Notes: generated from the sequence alone by a model not told the origin. A stretch of DNA of 64,000 nucleotides from Candidatus Latescibacterota bacterium (GCA_965248265.1 CBDFJF010000002.1:1856001-1920000); one strand, 5' to 3'. Positions 20,670-32,177 are shown, counted from the stretch's first letter. Program-made: numbers and translations.

Positions 20670-22552
20670 GAGGGCGAAACCGAGGGGGTGGAAGGGCCAC
20701 CAGAACCAGCGATGCTGGGCCAACGTGAGTAATCCCGACGCGAGGCCGCCGATTCCCTTGAACAACCAACCGCGCATGTTGGCGTCGGGCGGATCGAGGA
20801 TCTCTCTGGCGATGCGCGGCCATCCGTGAGCGCCGGTCCAGCTGATGCCGTTGAGATTGATGGCGCCATAGACGTGGCACAGGTAGATGGTCATGAACGC
20901 GGCGCCGATGAAGCTGAGGGACAGAGCGATCATCATGCCCCAGAAGAGACGCGTCTTAGAGCCGACGATGGATTCGGCGAGCTTGATACCGTGGGCGCAG
21001 GCCAGTAGCGGTGAAGTGCGCGACTCTCCCTGCCACACAAAGGTGAAGTCGAGGGCTACCAGGCCTTTCGCGCCCAATGCCGAGGTGCCGAACCCGGATA
21101 TGATGAAGTAGGCGGGCACGTGCGGGCTTCTCGCCGTGGCGACGCCTGCCGTGGCCACGGCGCGTGCCACCCAGATGAAGAAGATGAGGCTGACGATGAC
21201 GAGAATCGGCACGAAAACGGCCGGCACCCCCGAGCGCCACAACCAGAAGCAGACGAACAGGAGGCTGGCGACGAAGCCGATGACGGCCGTGCGGTAGCGC
21301 AGCAGCTCCTCGCTGTCGTCGAGGCCGGAGTCGGGATTCCAGACCTTTCGCAGCACGTCGGCAAAATGGCGACGGGCGGTCCAAAGGCCCAGGAGGACGA
21401 AGACGATGACGGCGCCGGTGGCCTGGTGGGTCAAGTCCGCAGACTGGTGGTCGTCGTAGCCGCTCTGCAGCTCCGTGCTTCTGATGCCGAGGAAAGTGAA
21501 CAGGCCGTCTTCGAGCTTGCAGAACAGGTAAAAGAACCAGATGCTGAACGTAATCTGCAGATTGACGAGATAAAAGAAACCGATCCAGGCGAAGCTGAAG
21601 GCCATGGGCAGGTGGATCATCCCGCGCCACAACCTGATCGGCTCCAGCCGGAAGTTGAACTCGGGCACGGCGGGAAAGAACTCGTGCAGTCCGGTACAGC
21701 TGAAGTAGACGAAGGGGATCGCGAAACCGACCCACATGATTTTGCTGCGGAAGAGCGGCGCGACAGCGCCGAAGGCACCCTCGCTTTTTTCGATCATCCT
21801 GTTAGGCAGCTCCATCATCGGGTAGGAGAGGCGTTCGTGGACCGACCACTGGCGGTGCAGGATGGAACTGACGCAGAAGAGCATGAATCCCATGGCCATG
21901 ATAAGGGAGAACCAGTAGGCCAGCGGTTCGATCCACGCAGACCAGGCGATGGAAGCGCCTGCTGGGAGGCCCTCGTAGTAGTGCATGATCGACTGCATGT
22001 CCTGCGGCACCATCCAGGTGGGAATGTGATCGTGGAGGAGCTCGGCGTAGCGGTTCTCGGGGGTGGCGTAGTAGTAGGGAAACACCATGGTGCCGAGGAG
22101 GAAGAACATGAGCCCCCAGGTCGGCGTGGTGACCGCCATCAGGAGCATGCAATAGACGAGCACGAGATCGGCCCGCGACAGCGTGAAGTGACGCCGCACG
22201 AGGCTGAAGAGAACGTTGACGAGGAGGAAGACGAGGAAAAAGAAGATGGCGCCCGGCGACGAGGGGTTGAACCCGATGTGGAAATACGTGAAGGCGAGCC
22301 CATATGGAGCCACCAGCCCGACGGCGAGGCTCATGGCCGCTCCGATGAGGAGTCCCTTCAAGGAAAAAGGTGAAGGGGGGTTCATGAAACGCTCATCCAA
22401 GGTCAGCGCCCGTTTCCAAGAGCGCGTCAATGCTGCCCTGCTGATTAGGTGTTTGCGAGTGTAGTGATCCAGTGTTATTCGTGAAGAAAGGACCTGTCGC
22501 AATCGGTCGGCAAGAGAGAAGGGAGCTACGATCTTCCATCATCTGACAACGA

Positions 22553-22812
22553 TCAGAAACAGCCGTCAAGCTTGCTGTCGCCGTCAGGACAATGGGCTGA
22601 CGTCGTGGCGGTCCTACTCGGCGGCGCCTTCTCCCTCCACTGCTCCCGGCACTCAGCCACGAAACGCTCGAAGAAGGCTCTGGTATTACTCGCGAGACCA
22701 TCGAGATAACCCGGGGTGTCGAACCAGGGCTGGTTCGAGAAGTAATCGAACCGAGGCATTGAGGCCTTGGTGTAGGTGAATAGGAGAGTGCGGCGCAGCT
22801 TGTCCGTGTGAT
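22553..22812 (-). pseudogene. 3' remnant of a probable PhyH-family gene
   Basis: Frame reads HTDKLRRTLLFTYTKASMPRFDY..., resembling the PhyH C-terminal TD..RR.L...Y strand; no 5' part. Confidence 0.4.
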
Positions 22813-22838
22813 AGCGCCCCCTGTGGAACCGCCTGACC

Positions 22839-25361
22839 TCAGCGCTCAGCCAGCTTCATCAACGCCGCCAACACTCGAATCCGCGCGCCGTCGGCCAACG
22901 TGCGATCCATTGTCTCGTCCAGCCACCACGTCGTCTCGGAGAACGCGGCCTCGCAGACACTCGCCGGCACGCTCTCCAGCAGCTGACGCGCCTCCGCCAC
23001 GTCCGGACCCGTCGCCCCCTGCGCAGACGCCTCCCGGATCGCCCGATCCAACATCACGAAATACTCGTAGTCCTCCACCCCTTCGCGCTGCGCCTCCAGG
23101 TGTTTGCCAGCCGTCACCGAGTCCTCGGCGATAAACAAAGGCGTGTACGCCGTCCCCTTGGCCAGATACTCGTTCCACGATGAGGCGCCGGCCGCGTCGG
23201 TCAGCGACCAGAAATACATCCCCGTGGCCCCATAGCGCCAACACCACCACGCCGTCAGCCGGTAGTAGGCGTACGGATCCAGAAGCCGCGCCGGGCCATC
23301 AGCATTATAGAACTCCAACTCGATCCCCTGATCGCGCTTCTTCAGGTAATACTCGCGAAACTCCTGGGCCGCGTCAGGAGGCCGTATAGGTGTAGAAGCA
23401 TTCAGGAAGATCTTGAGGTGCGGGCACAACACATGGCACGCATCTATCATCGCCTCCGTCGCCTGGCTCATGTCCCGGTAGGTCGGATCCTCCCAGATGC
23501 GGACCCCCGTATCCGCCTCCCGGATAGCCTTAGCCCACGCCAGAATGACCTGGTCAGCCTGCCGCACCTCGTTCGGCTCATCCACCAGCAGCAGCGCCAA
23601 CTGTTCCGGCTTCAACCCCTTCTCCACTGCATGCCCCGCCCAGAACGTCACCCACGCCTTCACCGCCGTCGCGAATTCCGGTGTGTCCATGGCCCATGAG
23701 TACTTTTCGTCGCCCGCATACGTGAATCGATCGCCCACTCTCACGAACACGAGGTACTGGGCTGCACCCGGCCACAACTCGAGCCACGCATCGAACTTGG
23801 CTGTGTTGGGTGGCGCCGTCATCGCTCCCTGCGCATCATACGTGCCCTGTACATCCGGGTAGCTCGGATTCAGCAGCCGGGGCGAGCCCCACGGCGAGTC
23901 CACGAAACGTTCGCGCAGGTGCTGAACGATCAGCGATTGGTTCTGCTCCGTCACCAACTTGGTCTTACTGATGGTCTCATGCGTATAGTCCCATCCGCCC
24001 AGGTGAAGCGACTGCTTCTCCGGGAAATCCAGGGGATACAGGTGCATGCGCAACGGAAACCGCTTGCCCCCGGCCGCAGACTCCACGAGGACCTCGCCCT
24101 CATACGTACCCGGCTCCACCTCCACCGGATGGAACGTCAGCCACACCTGCCGCGTCATCCCCGAGGGCACGGTCACCGTATACAGATTGTCCTCAGCAGA
24201 AACCTGCGGCAGCGCCGCCGCCACCGGCACGCCAGATCTGGTATCCGTCCAGCCTACTTCGTGAACCGTTACATATTCCGGATTGTCGCCCCCGGGAAGC
24301 CCCCTCAACCGGAACCTCACCTGCGCCGACTCATCACTGCTGTTGCTCACGTTGAACGCTGCCGCGCGATATTCCTTCCGCATCAGGTGGACCTCGACGG
24401 ACAGTTCCGGCGCCGTGTCCGGCATGCCGATGAGCGGAAGCGGATCCCACAGATCCGAACGCCAGAACGTGAGCGGCTCTAAACCCCTGGCGCGCCACAG
24501 CCACGCCTGCGTACGCAACACCCGTTCATGCCACGAATTCAGCGGCAGTACGGCCCGAAAATCTTCCCCGTACGCCCTGCACGCCTGCCCCAACTCCCCT
24601 TCCACGGCCGTCAACTCGTCGTGCACATCTTGCTGTGTCTGGACCGGGACCCCCTCCTCCTCCGTCGCCTTCTTCAGGGCTTGGATGTCCTGCACAAACC
24701 GCCTCCGAATCGCCACCTGAATGGCGAGCTGGCCCGAATGCGCCTCCACGTCCGTAAAACCCGGGCCCGGCAGCGGCTCATTCACCCACTCCGGCTCTCC
24801 CGCGTAGACCTCGATTTCGTCGACGAACGCGTACCGCCCCACGGGCCACACAACCAGGCTGACATAGCGGCCGTGAGTCCTCAACTGGTCCGTCCAGTAC
24901 CGATGCGTCCCATACGTCCCATACTCCGTCGGTAAGGGGGGGCCGTGTGCGGCGCTCAACCCCACCAGCTCCCCGATCTCATGGAATTTCTTGTCTTCAC
25001 CCGCCGTGAAGACGAAGATCGCCTCCGGCCATTTCACGCTCGAAGCGCCGGCCGCCGTATGGAACGAAATACCCCGTATCGGCCTCACCGTACCCAGGTC
25101 CAGCGTCAGGATAACGGGCTTCACTCTGACCCAGCCCACTGTCGACAGCTGTGTCCAAAGACTTTCCGCCGTTTGATCGTACACGCCATCCGTCAGTTGC
25201 GTGACATCAGCGGCGTCCGTGCAATGCTCATAATTCGGCGCCGGCTCCATCGTGTAGCTCGCCCCCAAGGCAATGTTCTCGCTCGGACGATCCACCGCCG
25301 TGTCCTGCGCCCACGCCAGTCCCACTATCAACAACCCTATTGCTGCCAATGTCCGTTTCAT
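22839..25361 (-). CDS. Secreted DUF4091/GH123-like protein with N-terminal discoidin-like domain (paralog A)
   Basis: Signal peptide; NIALGASYT...QLTDG...LDLG...FVDEIEVY; LVDEP; REGVEDYEY. Confidence 0.72.
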   Translation of the reverse strand: MKRTLAAIGLLIVGLAWAQDTAVDRPSENIALGASYTMEPAPNYEHCTDAADVTQLTDGVYDQTAESLWTQLSTVGWVRVKPVILTLDLGTVRPIRGISFHTAAGASSVKWPEAIFVFTAGEDKKFHEIGELVGLSAAHGPPLPTEYGTYGTHRYWTDQLRTHGRYVSLVVWPVGRYAFVDEIEVYAGEPEWVNEPLPGPGFTDVEAHSGQLAIQVAIRRRFVQDIQALKKATEEEGVPVQTQQDVHDELTAVEGELGQACRAYGEDFRAVLPLNSWHERVLRTQAWLWRARGLEPLTFWRSDLWDPLPLIGMPDTAPELSVEVHLMRKEYRAAAFNVSNSSDESAQVRFRLRGLPGGDNPEYVTVHEVGWTDTRSGVPVAAALPQVSAEDNLYTVTVPSGMTRQVWLTFHPVEVEPGTYEGEVLVESAAGGKRFPLRMHLYPLDFPEKQSLHLGGWDYTHETISKTKLVTEQNQSLIVQHLRERFVDSPWGSPRLLNPSYPDVQGTYDAQGAMTAPPNTAKFDAWLELWPGAAQYLVFVRVGDRFTYAGDEKYSWAMDTPEFATAVKAWVTFWAGHAVEKGLKPEQLALLLVDEPNEVRQADQVILAWAKAIREADTGVRIWEDPTYRDMSQATEAMIDACHVLCPHLKIFLNASTPIRPPDAAQEFREYYLKKRDQGIELEFYNADGPARLLDPYAYYRLTAWWCWRYGATGMYFWSLTDAAGASSWNEYLAKGTAYTPLFIAEDSVTAGKHLEAQREGVEDYEYFVMLDRAIREASAQGATGPDVAEARQLLESVPASVCEAAFSETTWWLDETMDRTLADGARIRVLAALMKLAER

Positions 25362-25586
25362 CGCCTGTCTCTCACAGTCTGATTCTAGTGCCGTGTCCCG
25401 GAAGTATCAGCGCCGATCCATCCAGACTCGCGGCGTTGCTCTCACTTGCGATATGCTCCGCTACCCGTACCACAGTAACAAGATCCCGTAACCTGAGGAG
25501 AGCGCTTGCGTGAGGTAGAGGATTTCCAAATGCCAGCACCATCGGATTAGCGTTGAGAGAGGACGCCTGGAGGTCGGCGCCAGACC

Positions 25587-28202
25587 TCACCGCTCAGCCA
25601 GCGCCGTCAGAGCCGCCAACACCTGAATCCGGCCCTTGTCCGCCAGGGTGCGGTCTATCTTCTCGTTGAGCCAGTCGTGCCTCCCCGGGGACCTCGAATC
25701 CCCGATCTCGTGGCCCCCGGCCTGCAGGACGCTCAGCGGTAGGGTCGCCAACAAGCGACGCGCCTCCTCCACCTCCGGACCGATCACCCCGGACGCCGAA
25801 GCTTCCTGAATCGCCCGATCGAGCATCGCCAAGTACTCGTAGTCCTGCACACCTTCCCGCGCCGCCTCGAGGTGTTTTCCGGCCGTCACCGAGGTCTCGT
25901 CGAGGAAGATGGGGGAGTAGGTATTGTTGAGGGAGAGGTATTCGTTCCACGATGAAGCGCCGCCCGTGTCCGTCAGCGACCACGTGTAGAAGCCATCGGC
26001 CCCGAAGCGCCAGCACGACCACGCGTTTAGCCGGCCCGAATACGGATCGGAATCCCGACCGCTACCCCCGTAGAATTCCAGCGCGATGCCCTGGTCCCGC
26101 TTCGTCAGGAAGTAGTCGCGATACTCCGGGTCGCCCCTCAGGAAAGCCCCGTAATTGGGGGACAGTACGTGAACCAAATCGATCATCTCCTGATCGGCCT
26201 GGCTCATGTCGCCGTGGGTCACGTCCTCCCAGATGCGGACCCCTGTGGCGGCCTGGCGGATCGGCTTCGACCATTCTAGTATGAGCTCGTCCTGGAAGGG
26301 CTCGTCGGGCTCGTCCACCAGCAGCAGGGCCAACTGTTCGGGCTTGAACCCCTTCGACACCATGTACTCCGCCCAGAAGGTCACCCAGTCCCTGACCGCC
26401 GTCTCGAACTCCGGTGTGCCCATCTGCCATGACTGGAACTTGGGTTCCGCTTCGGCGAAGACCATGTACTGGGCCGCGTCCGGCCACAACTCGATCCAGG
26501 CGTCGAAGATGTCGGTGGAGGGTGGCGCGATCATCGCTCCCCGTTCGTCGTGGGTGCCGCGCGGCAAGGCCAGGCTGAGGCCCCAGGGCGAGTCGACCCG
26601 GTGCTCGCGCAGGTGCTCGACGATCGACCTCCGGTTCTGCTCGGTGATGTAGGGAAAATGACCAATACGGTCGGTGTAGTCCCAGCCGCCCATGTGCAGA
26701 GTCTGCTGCTCGGGAAAGTCCAGGGGATACAGGTGCAGGCGCAACGGAAACCGCACGCCACCGGGGGAGGGAACTACGACCTCGCCCTCGTACACACCCG
26801 GGGCCACGTCCACCGGGTGGAAGGTCATCCACACCTGCCGGGTCATTCCAGACGGCACGGTTACCGTGTACAGACCGTTCTCGGGAGCCACCTCTGGCAG
26901 CGCCGCTGCGACAGGCATCCCGTGCCGGGTGTCCGTCCAGAGCACCTCGTGAACGGTGACGTATTCGGGATTGTCGCCGCCCGGTAGCCCACTCAGGCGG
27001 AACGAGACCTCCTTCGGTTCGTCGGCGCTGTTGCTGACGTTGAAGGCGGCGGCGCGGTGTTCCTGCCGCATCAGGTGCACTTCGACGGCCAGCTCGGCCT
27101 CGGCGGTTAGTACCGCCGCCGTGTCAGGCGCGCCGATGAGGGGGAGTGGATCCCACAGGTTTGAGTGCCAGAACGTGAGCGGTCTAAGACCGGCGGCGCG
27201 CCAGAGCCAAGCCTGGGTGCGCATCACCCGTTCGTGCCACGGATTCAACGGCAGTATGGCCTGGAAGTCATCGCCGGACTCGGTGGCCGGCCCCAGATTC
27301 GCTTCCACGTGTGCCAGCTCGCCGAGCACGTCAATTCGTACCTGAACCGGGACACCCTCTTCTTGGGCCGTCTGCCGTAAGGCCTCGATGTCCTGCGCGA
27401 GGCGCGCCCGAATTCCCTTCTGGATGGCCAGCCGCTTCGCGTACGCCTTCGGATTAGGGACGGCTGGCCCCGTCAGCGGCTCATCCAACCACGCGGGTTC
27501 GCCACCGTAGACCTCGATCTCGTCGACGAACGTGTACGGCTCGTTCCACACCATCAGACTGACGTAGCGTCCGTGCGTTCGAAGACGGTCGGTCCAGTAG
27601 ATGTAGGTCCCGTACCTGGCGGCGCGCTCCTCAATGGCATCGCGAAGCACCTGGGCACGCACTTCGGGGGTGAACTTCGGCCCGAAGCGGTCCTTGCGGA
27701 ACGCGTAGTGATGGTGTACTTGAGCGTTGCTGAAACCCTCGTCGATCCAAATGTCAGGGTTCGCCCTCGTCGGAACGAGCGGTCCGTGCTGTTGTTCGCT
27801 CAATCGCACCAGGTCGCCGACCTCGTGGAACTGCTCGTCTTCATCGGCCACGAGGATGCGGATCGTCAGGGGCCACTCCACGTCCGCGAACCCTCCCGCC
27901 GTACTGAACGAGACGCCCCGGATCGGCTGTACCGCACCCAGGTCCAGCGTGAAGATCGAAGGGGCCTTTTCCTGCCAGCCCACCGTCGACTTGTTGACCC
28001 AGAAGTAACCCTCCGTGTACTCCCCGTCCGTCAGCTGCTCGAGATCACCGGGGTCGGAGCAGAGCCCGTAGTTGGGACCCGGGTCTAACGTGTAGCTCGC
28101 CCCGAGCGCGATGTTACCGCTTGGGCGGTCTGCGGACTCCGCGGCCTGTGCCCACGCCAGTGCAACTATCAGCGATGTCGCTGCCGCCAGCATCGGTCTC
28201 AT
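25587..28202 (-). CDS. Secreted DUF4091/GH123-like protein (paralog B)
   Basis: Same architecture as A; REGVQDYEY; ~45-aa insertion in the N-terminal domain. Confidence 0.72.
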   Translation of the reverse strand: MRPMLAAATSLIVALAWAQAAESADRPSGNIALGASYTLDPGPNYGLCSDPGDLEQLTDGEYTEGYFWVNKSTVGWQEKAPSIFTLDLGAVQPIRGVSFSTAGGFADVEWPLTIRILVADEDEQFHEVGDLVRLSEQQHGPLVPTRANPDIWIDEGFSNAQVHHHYAFRKDRFGPKFTPEVRAQVLRDAIEERAARYGTYIYWTDRLRTHGRYVSLMVWNEPYTFVDEIEVYGGEPAWLDEPLTGPAVPNPKAYAKRLAIQKGIRARLAQDIEALRQTAQEEGVPVQVRIDVLGELAHVEANLGPATESGDDFQAILPLNPWHERVMRTQAWLWRAAGLRPLTFWHSNLWDPLPLIGAPDTAAVLTAEAELAVEVHLMRQEHRAAAFNVSNSADEPKEVSFRLSGLPGGDNPEYVTVHEVLWTDTRHGMPVAAALPEVAPENGLYTVTVPSGMTRQVWMTFHPVDVAPGVYEGEVVVPSPGGVRFPLRLHLYPLDFPEQQTLHMGGWDYTDRIGHFPYITEQNRRSIVEHLREHRVDSPWGLSLALPRGTHDERGAMIAPPSTDIFDAWIELWPDAAQYMVFAEAEPKFQSWQMGTPEFETAVRDWVTFWAEYMVSKGFKPEQLALLLVDEPDEPFQDELILEWSKPIRQAATGVRIWEDVTHGDMSQADQEMIDLVHVLSPNYGAFLRGDPEYRDYFLTKRDQGIALEFYGGSGRDSDPYSGRLNAWSCWRFGADGFYTWSLTDTGGASSWNEYLSLNNTYSPIFLDETSVTAGKHLEAAREGVQDYEYLAMLDRAIQEASASGVIGPEVEEARRLLATLPLSVLQAGGHEIGDSRSPGRHDWLNEKIDRTLADKGRIQVLAALTALAER

Positions 28203-28436
28203 GGCTTGTCCTTGCTATCTGATGAGCGCTTCTTCCTCGTACTCTCAAACTGCAAAAAGGCGGGCTGCAACGCGAACGATGGGTGGCCGCGTCATGCGCC
28301 CTCTCACTGGTTCTGGCTCGCTTTTGACGATGGCGATCGGTATCATCCTGCAGATCGACACCGGCCCCAATCATCAAAAACAGTGGTCGCCGGGCGAGAA
28401 CCGATCATGACCTCTCGCGAACAAGGAGAAGACCGA

Positions 28437-29447
28437 ATGTCTGAACCTGCTGAAATCCGGGTGACGAACGTCCGCCGCGTCTTTCACAACGGCGAGCACA
28501 ATGCGTTCACGAGCCTGATACGTTTCCGTGACCGGTACTACCTGTCGTTTCGCAGCTGCCCCGATGGGCATTATGCCTATCCGACGTCGTCGCTCATCAT
28601 TCTGGCCAGCGACGACGCCGAAACATGGGAACAGGTGCACAGCTTCAGCGTTCCGAAACGGGACGTGCGGGACGGGCACTTCCTGGTTTTCGAGGACAAG
28701 CTTTTCGTCTACACCGGCACGTGGTACTGCGGCGATTCCTCGCCCGACGCGGACCGGGGGCGCGGACACGCCTGCGAGATGAACCAGCAGCTCGGATATG
28801 GAGTTGTGACGGAGGACGGGCAGACGTGGAGCGACCCGATCATGCTGGAGGGGACCTACGGCCATTTCATCTGGCATGCCACCCAGCACGACGGCGGCGC
28901 CTATATGTGCGGACGGCGCAAGCGTGAATTCGTCGCCTTGGAGGCGGACGATCGGTCGCTGCATGAATCGGCCATGCTGGAGAGCGACGACGGGCTCGTC
29001 TGGCGGACGCGGGCCCTGTTTCAGACGACCCACGGCAACGAGACGTCGTTTCTGTTCGAGCCGGACAGCAGCGTGTTGGCGGTCTGCCGGTCCAGAATGT
29101 CCAGCTCACAGCTGTGCCGCTCGCAACCGCCGTACAGGGATTGGACCCGAACGGACATCAACCGCTTCATCGGTGGTCCGATGCTGGTGAAGTGGGGCGA
29201 GCGTTACCTGGTCGGCGGGCGCAAGGGCGATTACGATGAGGCACCGGAGACGGTGCTGTCCTGGCTCATTGACGAGCAACTGCACGATGTTGCGGTGTTA
29301 CCGAGCGCCGGCGACAACTCCTATCCCGGCTTCGTCGAGCTCAGCCCGACGCGCGGCGTGATCTCATGGTATTCGAGCCACGAGCAGGACGCCGCTGGCA
29401 AAGCCATGACCGCGATCTACCTGGCGGAACTGGAGATCTCCGAGTGA
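28437..29447 (+). CDS. BNR/sialidase-like beta-propeller protein
   Basis: HNAFTSL, SDDAETW, SDDGLVW, LPSAGDNSYPG, ISWYSSH; AAGGAG SD before ATG 28437. Confidence 0.75.
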   Translation: MSEPAEIRVTNVRRVFHNGEHNAFTSLIRFRDRYYLSFRSCPDGHYAYPTSSLIILASDDAETWEQVHSFSVPKRDVRDGHFLVFEDKLFVYTGTWYCGDSSPDADRGRGHACEMNQQLGYGVVTEDGQTWSDPIMLEGTYGHFIWHATQHDGGAYMCGRRKREFVALEADDRSLHESAMLESDDGLVWRTRALFQTTHGNETSFLFEPDSSVLAVCRSRMSSSQLCRSQPPYRDWTRTDINRFIGGPMLVKWGERYLVGGRKGDYDEAPETVLSWLIDEQLHDVAVLPSAGDNSYPGFVELSPTRGVISWYSSHEQDAAGKAMTAIYLAELEISE

Positions 29448-29526
29448 GGTCGCACTCTAACGGAGACTCAGGCCAGTCGGCAGCCATCGCGGTGACGCGT
29501 CCACACACCAGTCGCGGTCGACGGAA

Positions 29527-30336
29527 TCAGCCGTTGAGGACCTTCATCGTCCTCTCGACAGGCTCGCGGAACGCTTGAGGCAACGACGCGAGGTACTGGG
29601 GATCGGCGTACTCCGGCTCCTGAGCCCAGGCGTTGATCACCGCATCCTTCGCGGAGTCGACATTGCCGTACACGATAAAGAGGGATCGACGTTTCACGCC
29701 CCTCGGTGTGAGTCCACGGTGGATGCCGCGCGAGTCGAAGGGCACGGCGCTGCCGGCACGGACCTGCAACTGAATTGCCCCGGTGAACATCTTGTCACCG
29801 GCCGTAGGTCCTTCCCCGAAACGAGCTTCCTCCTCCTCGGTGTTGGCGCGGTTGTGGGAGCCGGGAACGAACCAGAAGCTCGCATCGTCCTCGAGGGCCA
29901 GCAGAATTTGCGTCGCCGGGAGGGTCTTCATCTCCCTTATCTGCCGCTCAAAGGCCGAATCCTTGCCCCAGGCGAAATAGGAATCCCGATGCCAGGGACC
30001 GCGGTAGTCGTACTCCGGGTTTATGGCAAAAGCCGCAATGCCGTGCATGGTCGCATCATCGCCGAACAACGCCTGGACAACATCCATGATGGCCGGCGCC
30101 GCCAGGGCTTCCATGACCGGATAGCGCGCGATCTCGGGGTGGTGTGGATCCTGGAATCGGTGTTTGCTGAGGAAGCCGGTCTCTTCATCGCGTTCGGCCC
30201 GTCCCACGTTCATCGCAGCTTCGATGATCTCTTCGTAACTGTCCTGCACCGCTGCCAGACTGTCAGGCGCTACGGCATCCTCCAGAACGACGTAGCCGTC
30301 GCGGTTGTATTGATCGATTGCCTGTTGTGTGTTCAC
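29527..30336 (-). CDS. PhyH-family dioxygenase
   Basis: YNRDGYVVL, WHRD, VPGSH, IHRG; GTG start. Confidence 0.85.
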   Translation of the reverse strand: MNTQQAIDQYNRDGYVVLEDAVAPDSLAAVQDSYEEIIEAAMNVGRAERDEETGFLSKHRFQDPHHPEIARYPVMEALAAPAIMDVVQALFGDDATMHGIAAFAINPEYDYRGPWHRDSYFAWGKDSAFERQIREMKTLPATQILLALEDDASFWFVPGSHNRANTEEEEARFGEGPTAGDKMFTGAIQLQVRAGSAVPFDSRGIHRGLTPRGVKRRSLFIVYGNVDSAKDAVINAWAQEPEYADPQYLASLPQAFREPVERTMKVLNG

Positions 30337-30456
30337 TCTTCGAGCTCCGGCCGGATAGATGATCTCCAGTTCGAGTCACGTTCTCTGGATAGCCTACGGT
30401 ACGCCCCTCCCGATGGGCAAGACCGCAGCAGGCGACCGAATCGTCGATGATGGTCA

Positions 30457-30505
30457 TTGACCCGGCCTGCCGAACGCCTACGATACACATCGAACGGCAC
30501 GCCGT
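30457..30505 (+). promoter_or_regulatory. Sigma70-like promoter plus palindrome
   Basis: TTGACC-N16-TACGAT, then ACGGC-ac-GCCGT at 30494-30505; conserved at 41575-41623. Confidence 0.55.
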
Positions 30506-30550
30506 GCGGTGGCGGCGGCCCTACGAGAACCCCGGGAGAAGGAGAGGACC

Positions 30551-32077
30551 ATGGCAGACGCAACTCAGGTATGGCCTGTAGGGATACGCAAACAGCTGCT
30601 GTTTGACCGTCGCTTCGTCGACTCGTCCGCGGGCCTGCAGTTCACGGTCAATCCCCCCCTTCGCACACCCATCAATCTGCCATCGCTGCGCGGTCTGCAC
30701 GCCCGTCACTTCCTGACCGTGCTCGACGTCGACGATCGTTTCTGGATGTACTACCACCTGAGGCCTGACGAGACGCAAGAACGTGATTGCGTGAATGGCA
30801 TGTTCTGCCTGGCCTACTCGGACGACGGCATCGACTGGGAACTGGCGCCTGTGGACCAGTTCGAGGTGGAGGGATTGTCTCGGAATAACGTGGTTATGCC
30901 CGGGGTGTTGGGAACGCCGTTCCTCGACCCCCAGGAGACCAGCGGTTGCAGATTCTGGTTTGCGGGAACAATGGGCGAGCGCACCGAGCCGCCGTTCTGG
31001 GACGAGGCCCGGGATACCTACTTCGGCGGTTACGACGCCCCCGACGGGCGCAGAGTCCACGCCGGGCTGTACCTGCTCCAATCCGAGGATGGCATTTCCT
31101 GGCGCCGGCAGCGCAGCGGAGTCATCGTGCCCTTTCGCTGCGACTCGCAGAACCAGGTCCTCTACGATGCCGGCGCCGGCGCCTACGTCGCCTATGTGCG
31201 CGGCGCGTCCCCCGTGCCAGGAAGAAGGCGGACAGTTGCTCGTTTGACCTCCCCCGCGCTTACGGAGTTACCGTTTGATTTCGTTGAGGACACCACGTTA
31301 CCCCGGAGCCCGGTCGGGCTGTACGACCGGCTGCCGCCGCAATGCGCCCCGTTCGTCATGGAGGGTGACGACCGTGATCCGCCGGCCACGGACGTCTACA
31401 CGCCCTGCGTCAACCCGTACGCGTGGGCGGACGACGCTGTTTTTGCGTTCCCTACCGTGTTCCGCCATTACGAGGGGCAGGACAGCCATGGGCGGGACCA
31501 ACGGGGGGAAAGCGCTAGCGACGGCCCGCTGGACGTGCAGCTTGCCGTGAGTCGCGATGGCGTCACATTCGAGCGGTTCCGTACGCCCTACGTTGGCCTT
31601 GGTCTGATGGAAGAGCCGCAGCTCGGGGGATCCGTGTACATGGGCGTAGGGCTGGTAAGGCGGGGGAACTTCATCTACCAGTACTACGCCGAGGGAGCGC
31701 GCACCCATGTCCGTGAGGTCGACGTGAGCCTCTGGCAGGCCAAACAGCGCCTGGACGGTTTCGTCTCGGTGGATGCGGGGCCGGATGGCGGGTGGTTTGC
31801 AACGCCGCCGATCGAGTTCGCCGGAAATCGTCTGCTGCTGAACATCGACTGCGGCGCCATGGGCGAAGCGTGGGTCGAGCTCCAGGACGAAACCGGCAAG
31901 CCGCTACCGGGGTACACGTTCGAGGACGCCGTGTCGATCGACCGCAACGGTGTCGCGCAGGAGGTCTGGTGGCGGAGCGGCCCCGATGTCGGCTCGCTGA
32001 GTGGTCGGCCTGTCCGGTTGAAGATTAAAATGCGTTCGGCGAAGCTCTACGCGTTCCAGTTCGTGGAGGCCAGCTGA
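30551..32077 (+). CDS. GH32-like beta-propeller protein (paralog X)
   Basis: KQLLFDRRFV, YSDDGIDW, CDSQNQ, VSRDGV, RLDGFVS, AKLYAFQF; GGAGAGG SD. Confidence 0.75.
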   Translation: MADATQVWPVGIRKQLLFDRRFVDSSAGLQFTVNPPLRTPINLPSLRGLHARHFLTVLDVDDRFWMYYHLRPDETQERDCVNGMFCLAYSDDGIDWELAPVDQFEVEGLSRNNVVMPGVLGTPFLDPQETSGCRFWFAGTMGERTEPPFWDEARDTYFGGYDAPDGRRVHAGLYLLQSEDGISWRRQRSGVIVPFRCDSQNQVLYDAGAGAYVAYVRGASPVPGRRRTVARLTSPALTELPFDFVEDTTLPRSPVGLYDRLPPQCAPFVMEGDDRDPPATDVYTPCVNPYAWADDAVFAFPTVFRHYEGQDSHGRDQRGESASDGPLDVQLAVSRDGVTFERFRTPYVGLGLMEEPQLGGSVYMGVGLVRRGNFIYQYYAEGARTHVREVDVSLWQAKQRLDGFVSVDAGPDGGWFATPPIEFAGNRLLLNIDCGAMGEAWVELQDETGKPLPGYTFEDAVSIDRNGVAQEVWWRSGPDVGSLSGRPVRLKIKMRSAKLYAFQFVEAS

Positions 32078-32177
32078 TGCCCTTCCGTACCTGCGCCGGT
32101 CACAAGGCGCCCCCTGGCCTTCTCGGGAGAATGAGAATCTCGAGAAGGAGGGATTCATCAGATATGAGGGACAGGCG

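Larger units (their letters stand above)
19140..22385 (-). pseudogene. DUF6785/DUF6784 membrane protein interrupted by IS481
   Basis: ORF from 22385 (MNPPSPF) to PFHPLGFAL at 20670. Removing the IS and one GAGGG restores in-frame ...FAL-SVGWLTGHIWF...LYQNLKPFFLGLILGE...SNM*. Confidence 0.88.

Noticed and set aside
25385-25580. Possible IS/MITE end (ctagtgccgtgtcccggaagt)
   Set aside because: I found no partner inverted repeat.
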